In this document: one piece after another, positions 10,352 through 19,430 of the stretch
Position numbering within the stretch: the first letter of the stretch is position 1
Layout: each line of letters begins with the position of its first letter
Notes under the pieces: model-generated
Told to the model about the DNA's origin: nothing
What the model saw: only the letters and a program-made list of their open reading frames with translations
Database searches by the model: none
IMG/VR virus record: IMGVR_UViG_3300013126_000016
Span: 1 to 64,000 of that record
DNA length: 64,000 nt
Reading direction: 5' to 3' (one strand)
From: a virus
Translations under genes and position numbers: made by a program

Positions 10352-10878
10352 GTAATTTAAAATTTAGCCTTAACCCTGATGAAAATGATGATGACGATGA
10401 AGAATATCCAGAGGAGGTACCTCAATCTATGCCAATAACAGAGTTTTTAGACTGTTTATCAGCTAAAGATAGAGAAGAGTTTGTCCGTACTTATAGTAGT
10501 TCTATAGAGGCCTCTAAAAAACCCTTCAAACCTTTAGCTACAGACCTTATTAAATCTGTTCGACAAGATGTTTTTCCTATCATTCAATCTTCTATAGACT
10601 CCTTAGCTAATGGCTCTTCTCCTAAATACCTCTTTTACTCTCTTGATTTTCTTGAAGACTCTATTAATAACCTAGTAAAAACATACAACACTCTGTCTAA
10701 ACAAGCTTCTAACTTCTTAGAAACGAAAGAGGAAAAAAGAGAATTGGAAGTGTATTTTGAACAGGTAACTAAACCTTCTAGAGACTCGCCTTCTATTATT
10801 TCTGCTCCTACTATCCAAGTTAGAACTTTTAGCGTAGCTATTCCTGACATTCCTGATGGGAAGAGTTCTGAAGAGTAA
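10348..10878 (+). CDS. Hypothetical acidic protein
   Basis: ATGA overlap with the helicase stop. Confidence 0.65.
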   Translation: MSNLKFSLNPDENDDDDEEYPEEVPQSMPITEFLDCLSAKDREEFVRTYSSSIEASKKPFKPLATDLIKSVRQDVFPIIQSSIDSLANGSSPKYLFYSLDFLEDSINNLVKTYNTLSKQASNFLETKEEKRELEVYFEQVTKPSRDSPSIISAPTIQVRTFSVAIPDIPDGKSSEE

Positions 10879-10962
10879 TAATCTTAAAGGTAGCCGCGCG
10901 GTGCTTTACTATATATAAAGCACCGCGCGGCTTCTTTTGTCCCTTAATCTTATTCCTTTGTT

Positions 10963-11595
10963 ATGGCAACACAATCCCGTTTCGGCTCCCGCAACGTTAA
11001 TTTCTACAAGTACTCCTCCACACTCTCATTAGAAGAACAAGAAAGCCTTGACGCTGCACAAGAAATGGTTAAAATCATTAAATCTCGCAGCCCTAAATCT
11101 TACTTTGATGAAGCCCTAACAATCCTTAAATCCTTCCCTTCTGACCCAAAAGAAAGCTCCTTTAAACTCCCTCTTAACCTCCTTAGTAACGCTCTCTACG
11201 TTAACGATGAATACGTACCCGCTCTTAAACTTCGCTGCTCTCTTATAAAATATAATCTCAGAGACTTATATGGCTATGTTAGCTATATGCAAGACCTGTC
11301 TAAACTTTGTAACGTTACTCATCATCCTTCTTATTATTTTCTATTAGCTTGTGCTTACATAGATTATAAAGAAGAATACAACAATGCTATATCTGTCTTA
11401 GATAAAGCTATCGAATACAAAGATAAATGTAGTAAAGAGTTGTTAGCTAGTATTTATTACAATCAAGGCTTCTGCTTCCTGCAAATCGGTGACATAGATT
11501 ACGCACGAGAATGTTTTGAACTCTGTTCTTTACTTAATCCAGATAAATATAAAGGAATTATATTACCTGTAAAAAAGATTAAAGAAAGAGATTAG
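10963..11595 (+). CDS. TPR-repeat protein
   Basis: YNNAISVLDKAIEY...IYYNQGFCFLQIGDIDYARECFELCSLLNP. Confidence 0.75.
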   Translation: MATQSRFGSRNVNFYKYSSTLSLEEQESLDAAQEMVKIIKSRSPKSYFDEALTILKSFPSDPKESSFKLPLNLLSNALYVNDEYVPALKLRCSLIKYNLRDLYGYVSYMQDLSKLCNVTHHPSYYFLLACAYIDYKEEYNNAISVLDKAIEYKDKCSKELLASIYYNQGFCFLQIGDIDYARECFELCSLLNPDKYKGIILPVKKIKERD

Positions 11596-11664
11596 TATTA
11601 CTAGTTCTCCTATAGTTTTGTTTGAGTTAACTTATCAGGTAGCCGACCGGCTACCCTTTTATTT

Positions 11665-12408
11665 ATGCCTTCTCCTTCTTTTGATAACAATATAAAAGCC
11701 AGTCGCTGTTACGACGATGCTCGTTACTATATTAGTCAAGACAATTACATTACGGCTGTTTATTTTCTCAATGAAGCACTACAATATGACCCTACAGAAG
11801 GTCAATACTTTAAAGACCGCTCTTTTTGTCTCCACCAATTGGCTACTTATGAATCTATTAACCATCAATATCAGCAATATTTAGAAAAAAATGATTTAGA
11901 TAGTTATTATCTGTTATCTATCTTTCAGATTTACTTCAATCAGTGCAATATTGAGGACTACTCTTTTCAGGTCTCTTACACTAACAACTCTATACCCTGT
12001 GAGTTGGTTGACTCTATAAAACATAGTTTGTTGAGAGACGCTATAAAGGATAGTTTTATAGCTATAAACTTAGAAGAAAACGATGTTAATGCTTACGAAC
12101 AACTAGCAGACTTATATAGAGAATTGGGAGATAATGAACAATCTTTTTATTATCTACTAAAAGCAAGTAAGTACGAATTACTTAACCAGCTTAATGACGT
12201 TTTCAATCATTTAGAAAGCAGATTTACAGTGATATTTAAGGAACAAAATTACTGTAAAGAAAAACTAGAAAAAGAAATAGGCAAGCTAAAACGCCAGTCT
12301 AAAATTCTAGAAGAACAAATTTCTTATGGCGAAACAGAAATAAAAAGGTTAGAGCATAATATTAAGGCTTTAAAGAAAAAACTTTCTGAAACTAAAATAA
12401 GTTTTTAG
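11665..12408 (+). CDS. TPR-repeat protein with C-terminal coiled coil
   Basis: AVYFLNEALQYDP..YFKDRSFC; AYEQLADLYRELGD; heptad-rich tail. Confidence 0.7.
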   Translation: MPSPSFDNNIKASRCYDDARYYISQDNYITAVYFLNEALQYDPTEGQYFKDRSFCLHQLATYESINHQYQQYLEKNDLDSYYLLSIFQIYFNQCNIEDYSFQVSYTNNSIPCELVDSIKHSLLRDAIKDSFIAINLEENDVNAYEQLADLYRELGDNEQSFYYLLKASKYELLNQLNDVFNHLESRFTVIFKEQNYCKEKLEKEIGKLKRQSKILEEQISYGETEIKRLEHNIKALKKKLSETKISF

Positions 12409-12598
12409 TTTCTACTTGTTCCCAAGGATATAAATGCCTCAAAACTTTAATCATGTGCCTCATGATACTAACTCCTCTGCTTTAGATACTGCTTTGTATC
12501 TTTTTGAAACAGGTTCTATACCTTACGATGCTCTATTAAAATTAATAGAGCTTTACTATTCTACTAATAGTTCCCATACACCTAAACCTGATTAACTT

Positions 12599-13576
12599 AT
12601 GTTACTACCTCAAAGACTTTTTCCAGCTTTAAAGAAACGACTATCTATCTTAGAACCTTTAATATCCTCAAGGATAGGAGAGGAAAAGACTAATATATTC
12701 TTGAAAACCTTAGCTTATGTTACTAAACCTGAGGAACAACTAATTGAAGATAACCTAATTGACTTTTTTGTGCGAGAATATAGCACTAATTATTATGCTG
12801 GTGAGTTTACCTCTTATAGTGAGTTTCTTTACCCTCTTGAAACTCGTTTAGAATCTCGTCTTGTATTCATGGGCTCCTACTCTACTTTTGATGTGCTTTC
12901 TAAATACTTTATTAAGTATGATTCTGAAAGTTTAGCTACTTACTTAATTGGAAGAGGTATTATCTTTGGTATTCCTGATGGTGGTGATTCTAATAAAATT
13001 CACATTTTCTACAACATCTTAAATATACAAAGTTTATTAGAGTTTGGAGAAACTGAGTATGTTGTACCTCTTTGTGAAATTCTAGATGATTTACTATCTA
13101 TCAATCAATTAGAAGACTCTGAGTATACACAAGAAGAGCAGATTGTATTCAACAATTTGTGTGAATTAGTAAGCAACCTTCGTTCTAAAGCTTATTCTAT
13201 ACACAATAAGTCTACTGCTTTCCTAGAACAGTTCCCTAACAGTCCTAGGTTTAAAACAATAGTGTTAGATTACAATAAACAATCTCTTACTATTCCTGTT
13301 AACCTTTCTCTACTAGGGGATAAAACTCTTTCTATTAAAGTACAAGGAACAAAATTAATAAACTTAGTTGAGGAACTAGAAAGTATATTTTGTGCAGATA
13401 CAGATGAACTTAGAAAGCAGCAGTGCATAGAAGATATTGAAGAGTCTATAAAGGATAAAGTTAGAACACTTTATAACTTGCCTGAAGATCTTATTTTATA
13501 TAAGAACTTTGAGGAACCTTTTAGTTTCTTTACTGATAAGCTAACTTTTCCTCTAGTTTATGAACTGTTAAGGTAG
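12599..13576 (+). CDS. Hypothetical protein
   Basis: 325-aa ORF in a co-directional array. Confidence 0.65.
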   Translation: MLLPQRLFPALKKRLSILEPLISSRIGEEKTNIFLKTLAYVTKPEEQLIEDNLIDFFVREYSTNYYAGEFTSYSEFLYPLETRLESRLVFMGSYSTFDVLSKYFIKYDSESLATYLIGRGIIFGIPDGGDSNKIHIFYNILNIQSLLEFGETEYVVPLCEILDDLLSINQLEDSEYTQEEQIVFNNLCELVSNLRSKAYSIHNKSTAFLEQFPNSPRFKTIVLDYNKQSLTIPVNLSLLGDKTLSIKVQGTKLINLVEELESIFCADTDELRKQQCIEDIEESIKDKVRTLYNLPEDLILYKNFEEPFSFFTDKLTFPLVYELLR

Positions 13577-13590
13577 CCGCGCGCTTTCTT

Positions 13591-13863
13591 ATGTCTAACA
13601 ACTTTTACTACTCCTCTTTCTCTTGTCTCCTCTCTCCTTCCCCACTCTTTCTTCTGCTAGATTCTACTAGTACTGAATTAAAATATTCTACTAGCGTAGA
13701 GAATGGACTAAATTATCTTAATTGTAATGCTTTTCATGTGGAAAATTCTCTAGAAGCAGCAGAACAGCAAGCAGAAGAATTTATCTATTTCTTAGAATTA
13801 GATTGTGTTTACCTTTTTAAAATTTCTATTGATAAAATAGAATTTCTAAAATCAATCCCTTAA
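13591..13863 (+). CDS. Hypothetical protein
   Basis: ORF bounded by two palindrome copies. Confidence 0.55.
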   Translation: MSNNFYYSSFSCLLSPSPLFLLLDSTSTELKYSTSVENGLNYLNCNAFHVENSLEAAEQQAEEFIYFLELDCVYLFKISIDKIEFLKSIP

Positions 13864-13896
13864 CCATATAGGTAGCCTGCCGGCTACCTTTTTACT

Positions 13897-14964
13897 ATGC
13901 CTATTCGCACTCTGATTCCTAGAATAGTTCTAAGCTATTACAACACAGACCCAGAAATAAAGGCCCTTGATCGTAATGGGTTTAAGTGTAACTTCGTTAA
14001 TCCTAATTGCTTTGAAAGGTATGATCCTGAGATTAAAACACTTCTAATACACGAATTTAGTGATATTAGAAATCTAGAATGTTACAGAGAAATGCATGAA
14101 GAAGATATCTTAGCTGATTACTCTTCGACTCAAGAAAAAATTATTGATTTCATAGATTTTCCAGACTTAACTTTTTCTACTCCTTGTCTTCTTTGTACTT
14201 CTAAATCAAACCCTGCACTTTCTGCTGAGTCTTTAACAATAATAAAAGCTATTACTGATATAGGTTACTTTATTGAGGAATATCAGTTTCTAGGTTCTAA
14301 AATCCTTAATTGTTTTAACATTAATAATGTTCCTTGGAACCAAAAAACTAAAATAGTAGAAGAAGCTAATAAACTTCTAAAACCCTTAGGATATAGTGGC
14401 TCTCCTGAATCTATTTATCCTTGTGTTTATGCTGTAAGCCGTAAATCTCTAGAAGAAGGTAAACTCATCGGCAAGTGGATTTTTCCTCAGCAACCACAGC
14501 TATCTGGAGCAGACAAAGAAAAAACAGCTGCTATACTACAATTCGTATCTGAACTAGAAAGCGTTAAATTAAGCGAGTCAGATACTTATTGTATCATCTC
14601 TCACTCTCGCTATGGAGACTTTCTTTATTCTTCTATAGATTACGAACCCGACTACTTGTGGTTTGTAGCTTATCTTCTAGAGAAATATAGAGATGAAGAT
14701 TTAATAGCTGGTTTACTACACAGCCTTGATGATAATCCTCGAGACGTTGACTTTTATCTGTCGTCTAAACTTTATTGTGATCACTATCCATCTTTACAAA
14801 ATTTTGTTGAAGAATGGTTAAACATACCTAAACATTGTAGATCAGAATTTAGAAACTACTTTGATTACGAAGATTATGTACTGGAACTAAAGCAAGAAAA
14901 CCCTAATTGGCTATTTATTGATCTGAAAGAGAAAAATAAAGGATTTTATGTATTTAGAGATTAG
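13897..14964 (+). CDS. Antirestriction ArdA-like DNA-mimic domain with N-terminal extension
   Basis: VYAVS..SLEEGKLIGKWI and IPKHCRSEFRNYFDYEDYVLEL...GFYVFR resemble the ArdA N- and C-terminal motifs; acidic composition. Confidence 0.6.
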   Translation: MPIRTLIPRIVLSYYNTDPEIKALDRNGFKCNFVNPNCFERYDPEIKTLLIHEFSDIRNLECYREMHEEDILADYSSTQEKIIDFIDFPDLTFSTPCLLCTSKSNPALSAESLTIIKAITDIGYFIEEYQFLGSKILNCFNINNVPWNQKTKIVEEANKLLKPLGYSGSPESIYPCVYAVSRKSLEEGKLIGKWIFPQQPQLSGADKEKTAAILQFVSELESVKLSESDTYCIISHSRYGDFLYSSIDYEPDYLWFVAYLLEKYRDEDLIAGLLHSLDDNPRDVDFYLSSKLYCDHYPSLQNFVEEWLNIPKHCRSEFRNYFDYEDYVLELKQENPNWLFIDLKEKNKGFYVFRD

Positions 14965-15088
14965 ACAGCCGCGCGGCTACTTTTAACCTTGGCAGTTATG
15001 ATTCTTTTGCTTTAATATTATAAAGCTAGAAACAGACAATAGTTAATTTACCCCCCTTCTGCACCCAACTGCAGAAGGTTTTCTATTT

Positions 15089-15787
15089 ATGCAACTCAAA
15101 GATTGTTTAACTTACCTAAAGAATCAAGGTTACTCTTCTATTACCTTTGATTATTACTCTGATTTATCTGATTACTTTAACTTAGATCATGTTGTACATC
15201 TAACTAAGCAAAACCGCCAGAATACTTATAAACAAACTGACTTAAAAGGATTACAAGACTTAACTGCTTTTAAAAACTTTTTAGAACCTATTCTAAAAGA
15301 TTCAAAACGTTCTTTCGAATCCGGCTATAAAGGTAAGTTTGTTTTTAACCTCCTCGACCTCCCTTTTATTGTTACACAGCACTTAACTCTACTTAATTAC
15401 ATCTCCCCAAAAGATAAACATGATTCTACTATAGATGTTAATTCTTCTATATACTCTATAGCTCTTTCTTTAAAAGAAAAAGGTTTAGAAGAATTAACAT
15501 TTACGTATGTTTATGAATCAGAGAATTATGATTTTACAGAAACTTCTTTTACTTGGGCATCTAATGCTCTTGATAGAGGTACTTCCATTCTTTCTAGTAG
15601 TTACGAAGATAGTTTAATAGATTATGCTGTTACTAAGTTGTTTAGCCTTTCCCACGCTGTACATAATGATGATAGTCTAACTGCAGAAGGCACTGTTACT
15701 TTTAACTTTGTGAACATGATTCTTTCTTTAACTGAGGATTACTATTGTCCAGAAGAGAAATCTTTTGTGCATGTTATTCCTGTTTAA
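15089..15787 (+). CDS. Hypothetical protein with internal duplication
   Basis: LKNQGYSSITFDY...GKFVFNL and LKEKGLEELTFTY...GTVTFNF repeat each other. Confidence 0.6.
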   Translation: MQLKDCLTYLKNQGYSSITFDYYSDLSDYFNLDHVVHLTKQNRQNTYKQTDLKGLQDLTAFKNFLEPILKDSKRSFESGYKGKFVFNLLDLPFIVTQHLTLLNYISPKDKHDSTIDVNSSIYSIALSLKEKGLEELTFTYVYESENYDFTETSFTWASNALDRGTSILSSSYEDSLIDYAVTKLFSLSHAVHNDDSLTAEGTVTFNFVNMILSLTEDYYCPEEKSFVHVIPV

Positions 15788-15843
15788 TTAAGGTAGCCTA
15801 GCGCGGGGCTACCTTCTTTAACTACTTTGTTCTATTTACTTTC

Positions 15844-16899
15844 ATGAACTTTTTAACTCATTTCCATGTTATACGTTTCTTGAAAACTCTCGAACTCCCT
15901 TTCTGTATTCAAGAAACTAATGTTTGGAGCGAATCCCTAGAATTCTCTGTTGAACCACTTAACTCTGATTCCTACTCCTCTGTTTTTTCTTTTCTTAAAC
16001 AACACTTCCAAAAACTCTTTGTACAAAAGAGTAATACTATTGCTTATGTTAATTATGGTGACCCTGAAAAGAAATATAGATTAGAAGTTCTTTTACATCA
16101 ATACGAGGATTTTGACCAAGAGTACGATGATGATGACAAACCACTACCCAAAAAAATCCCTTCTCTTATACCTACTTGGAGACGCTTAGAACAAGCTGCC
16201 ACTTCTAAAAGAATTTACCAAGTAGAGCCTCTCCCTTCGATTATTCCCACTGCTTGTTTTTACTCTCTAAAAGGAAACTTATCTGCTAAAATTCTTGTTT
16301 TTGACGGCCTTTGTCAATCTTATTTACAGAAACTGTGTGGTTTAGATGACCCTAAAGTATTAATTATAGATGGTGATTTAACATCCCCTAACCTAAATTG
16401 GTTTGATGAATTCTATAAATTAAACATCAATACCTCCTTTGCTGAGTTTATAGAAATCTGGGAGTCCACTGGTTTAGTATCTGATTACTCTTGGTCTTTT
16501 GTTAAGGAAATAGCTAAGAACCCTTCAAAGTGGGGAACTCTTAATAATGTTTACTTTCTCCCAGCATTTAACCATTATTCTCAGATAATTTACCCTAACA
16601 GCTATCCTGATGCTTTTGTAGCTCACCCAGGAGAATCTTGGTCTGTTATCAATAACCTCAATATTCTAGGGCAAAAACTAGGTGTAGATTGTATTCTTAT
16701 TAGCTTGCAATCCGGTATTGGTGATAGTTGTAAATGGAATGCTCCTATACTGTTTGATCCTAGAGTGCATAAAACTATTTGTAGTACTCTTCCTCTTACA
16801 GAAGATTTAGAAATTAGCTTGGTTTTGAGCTTAATGCAAGACTTAGATTTTAAGGTTCCTTTTCTTATGCCTGATTTTGCCTATACTTCTTTAGGCTAA
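15844..16899 (+). CDS. Degenerate ParA/MinD-like (KGGVGR-type) ATPase-fold protein
   Basis: FYSLKGNLSAK (decayed deviant Walker A), KVLIIDGDLTSPNL, YFLPAF, VDCILISLQSG, LFDPRV. Confidence 0.5.
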   Translation: MNFLTHFHVIRFLKTLELPFCIQETNVWSESLEFSVEPLNSDSYSSVFSFLKQHFQKLFVQKSNTIAYVNYGDPEKKYRLEVLLHQYEDFDQEYDDDDKPLPKKIPSLIPTWRRLEQAATSKRIYQVEPLPSIIPTACFYSLKGNLSAKILVFDGLCQSYLQKLCGLDDPKVLIIDGDLTSPNLNWFDEFYKLNINTSFAEFIEIWESTGLVSDYSWSFVKEIAKNPSKWGTLNNVYFLPAFNHYSQIIYPNSYPDAFVAHPGESWSVINNLNILGQKLGVDCILISLQSGIGDSCKWNAPILFDPRVHKTICSTLPLTEDLEISLVLSLMQDLDFKVPFLMPDFAYTSLG

Positions 16900-16987
16900 T
16901 TTTTAAAGGTAGCCGCGCGGCTACCTTTTACTTTTTCTGTAAAAAAGATTAAAAAAAGAACTCAAACTTTAACAACGGTACTTATTT

Positions 16988-18007
16988 ATGTCTGACATCC
17001 TATCTCTCTCTTATATCCTATCTGGCGAGCAAGATATCTCTTCTCTTCCTACAGTAAAAGTTGAATCTTTTATTCAAACTCTAGATAAGCCTAGTTTACA
17101 GGAATTAATTGATTACCTCTCAACAAAAATCTCTTCTGACAAGGAAAATAGTTTTTATAGTTCTTTCTACTCCTATAGAGGTCTTTGTTACAGATTACTT
17201 GAATTAGCAGACAATTCCCTATCAGATTATAACGAGGCTATTTATCTTGACCCTTATATCGGTAGATACTACTATAACAGAGCAGAATTATCGTTCTTTC
17301 TACTTGGGTCTTCTAACATTGCAGAAAAAATAAGTGCTTTATATGATTGCAGTAAAGCTATAGAGTTTCGTGATAACACTAACATAGATTATTTTCTTTT
17401 TAGAGCTTCAATCTTAGCAGATTTAGCAACAAACCCTCTGATGGGTCTAAAGCTTGATGGTAATGCTAATGGTATTCTATATAGAGCTGTAGAAGATTTA
17501 AACTTTGTTATTACATTATGCCCTGATAACGTTCAAGCTTACACTTTAAGACTATCCTGCTTTTATAGTACGGGAGAGTATTATACATGTATTCCTGATT
17601 GCGAGTCGGCTTTGAAACTTTTAGATATTAATGATGATTGGTTAAAACAAATCAAAGAAAAAGATTATAATACCTCAATCCCCTACTACATTCATACCTT
17701 ATATTGGTATTGGAATGCTTTAACCCAAATCAATGACTTACCTAAAGCTAATCTTTTTAAATATATCTACATAGATACTTTAGCAAATCAACAAGTTTAC
17801 TTTGCTAATGAACATCTGTTAAATGGACGTTTTGGAGAAGGTCTTCAATGTTTTGAGCTTGCTTTAGATTATCTGAACGATTGCAGTGCTCTTTACGATT
17901 CTGAGTCTGTAGAACAGAGTACTAAACTTAATTTTCTTTTACAAAACTTTGACAATAAAAAAGAATCAGTACTGAAATCTTTTTTAGTACTAAAAGATTT
18001 TAAGTAG
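16988..18007 (+). CDS. TPR-repeat protein
   Basis: YSYRGLCY...DYNEAIYLDP..YYYNRA; DCSKAIEF; AVEDLNFVITLCP. Confidence 0.8.
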   Translation: MSDILSLSYILSGEQDISSLPTVKVESFIQTLDKPSLQELIDYLSTKISSDKENSFYSSFYSYRGLCYRLLELADNSLSDYNEAIYLDPYIGRYYYNRAELSFFLLGSSNIAEKISALYDCSKAIEFRDNTNIDYFLFRASILADLATNPLMGLKLDGNANGILYRAVEDLNFVITLCPDNVQAYTLRLSCFYSTGEYYTCIPDCESALKLLDINDDWLKQIKEKDYNTSIPYYIHTLYWYWNALTQINDLPKANLFKYIYIDTLANQQVYFANEHLLNGRFGEGLQCFELALDYLNDCSALYDSESVEQSTKLNFLLQNFDNKKESVLKSFLVLKDFK

Positions 18008-18018
18008 ATTAGTTTGGC

Positions 18019-18046
18019 TTAAGGGTAGCCGCGCGGCTACCCTTAA
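18019..18046. repeat. Longest perfect copy (28 bp) of the dispersed palindrome family
   Basis: TTAAGGGTAGCCGCGCGGCTACCCTTAA. Other full or near-full copies at 3757, 10889-10932, 11638, 13572, 13871, 14967, 15791, 16905, 19387, 23078, 25735, 29054, 32783, 55369. Confidence 0.95.
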
Positions 18047-18083
18047 ATTCTTAAAACTTTTTTTCTAATTCTCAATAAACCTC

Positions 18084-18112
18084 TTGACTTTGTCAATAGC
18101 GTGTGCTACTCT
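18084..18112 (+). promoter_or_regulatory. Sigma70-type promoter
   Basis: TTGACT-17 bp-TACTCT with an extended -10 TG; the palindrome TTGAC-TTT-GTCAA overlaps the -35 box. Confidence 0.6.
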
Positions 18113-18210
18113 CTAGGTAGGCGCGGACGGGTTACAGGCTTATAAAGCTTAGTAACAATAGCTTATTAATAGCTTTCTAATAGGCTATTAGTAGACTACA
18201 GTTGCTCCAT

Positions 18211-18398
18211 CCCAGACACTCTAGTAGGCTGTCAGAAGAGAAGGTTACTTCCTCCCAGACATTCTAGTAGGCTGTCAGAAGAGAAGGTTACTTCCTCCCA
18301 GAAGTTCTAGTAGGCTGTCAGAAGAGAAGGTTACTTCCTCCCAGAAGTTCTAGTAGGCTGTCAGAAGAGAAGGTTACTCGCTTCCAGACACTCTAGTA
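18211..18398 (+). repeat. Non-coding tandem array of 43-bp repeats (4 full plus 1 partial)
   Basis: Unit CCCAGACACTCTAGTAGGCTGTCAGAAGAGAAGGTTACTTCCT starting at 18211, 18254, 18297, 18340 and 18383. Confidence 0.95.
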
Positions 18399-18407
18399 AG
18401 TTGATTG

Positions 18408-18448
18408 CAAAAAACCTTTACCTTTCTTCCAGTGGGCGGTTTTTTGTT
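18408..18448 (+). terminator. Hairpin with T-tract closing the repeat unit
   Basis: CAAAAAACC...GGTTTTTTG inverted repeat. Confidence 0.4.
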
Positions 18449-18636
18449 AAGAAAATATAGACTTATTAATAAATTTATTAATTAAGCTATTAATAAAGGG
18501 GAATTTTTAAGCTCTTTAAAACGAATCACAGCAGTATTAACATAAAAAAAGCTGGCTTGGGAGAAAGCCAGCGTAATAATGGAAGGAGTGATACTTAAAA
18601 TATAGTTAATTATTATATAATAACAAAATATATTGC

Positions 18637-18798
18637 TTATAATCCCCACTCTTTTGCAATAATTTCTGCAAAAGAGTTTTGCATAAGCTTCATATTTTTA
18701 AGAGCATCAAGTAAAGCTTGCTTAGCTTGCACTTCTGTTAACCCACTTATTTCTTCTTTTAGTTTGTATAATTCTAACTCTTGTTCCAATGAAAGCAT
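18637..18798 (-). CDS. nblA: Phycobilisome degradation protein NblA (53 aa, below the ORF-track cut-off)
   Basis: Hand translation MLSLEQELELYKLKEEISGLTEVQAKQALLDALKNMKLMQNSFAEIIAKEWGL: LSLEQ start, QAK, and WGL end are NblA hallmarks; AGGA RBS upstream. Confidence 0.85.
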   Translation of the reverse strand: MLSLEQELELYKLKEEISGLTEVQAKQALLDALKNMKLMQNSFAEIIAKEWGL

Positions 18799-18908
18799 AG
18801 CTTAATCCTTATAGAGTTACTTACTCTCAAGATATTATATAGTTAAAGATTTTTGAATTAATAACTTAAAAGTATATCTTTTAGATAAAGCAATAAAGGT
18901 TAAAAGCT

Positions 18909-19037
18909 GTGGAAGAAGATTTAGACCTGTTACTTAAATTGAATGAGCAAAGAGAAAAGGAAGCTGTAAAAAAGATTAAAGAAGAGGAAGATCCAGCTTT
19001 ATGGTGGTTTTCCTTTAATACCAAGGATGATAGTTAA
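18909..19037 (+). CDS. Small hypothetical protein (42 aa)
   Basis: GTG start after AAAGG; abuts the next small ORF. Confidence 0.35.
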   Translation: MEEDLDLLLKLNEQREKEAVKKIKEEEDPALWWFSFNTKDDS

Positions 19038-19038
19038 A

Positions 19039-19176
19039 ATGAGAGACAAGACTTTAGATCCAGACAGAGAATTGATAGTAAGGAACGGTAAACTATATTG
19101 GCAATATTCTAATGGGAAAATAGAACCTTATGAAAATTCTGATTACCTACCTGAGGATATAGAAGATACGCTTTAA
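19039..19176 (+). CDS. Small hypothetical protein (45 aa)
   Basis: ATG 1 bp after the previous stop with AAGGA upstream; followed by a hairpin. Confidence 0.45.
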   Translation: MRDKTLDPDRELIVRNGKLYWQYSNGKIEPYENSDYLPEDIEDTL

Positions 19177-19240
19177 TATAATTAAGATAGCGGTGCGGTT
19201 AATCTTAACCGCGCCGCTATCTCTTTACTATTTTAAAACT

Positions 19241-19378
19241 ATGCAACACACAAACACTGAACAACAACTCTCAGAACAACAGTGGAAAAGAGTTTTAAAG
19301 CTTTTAAAAGAAGGTAAATTAGGTCAAGTAGAATTAGAAAAAGAAGACCTAATAGAGATTGCAGATGAGTTCGATTAA
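19241..19378 (+). CDS. Small hypothetical protein (probable start 19241)
   Basis: MQHTNTEQQLSEQQW... lies between two hairpins. Confidence 0.5.
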   Translation: MQHTNTEQQLSEQQWKRVLKLLKEGKLGQVELEKEDLIEIADEFD

Positions 19379-19430
19379 ATTTATAGGGTAGCCACAAGGC
19401 TACCTTTTATAGTTTTGAAGGAGTAAATAG

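Noticed and set aside
18211-18398. CRISPR array
   Set aside because: Units are contiguous with no unique spacers, and no cas operon is present
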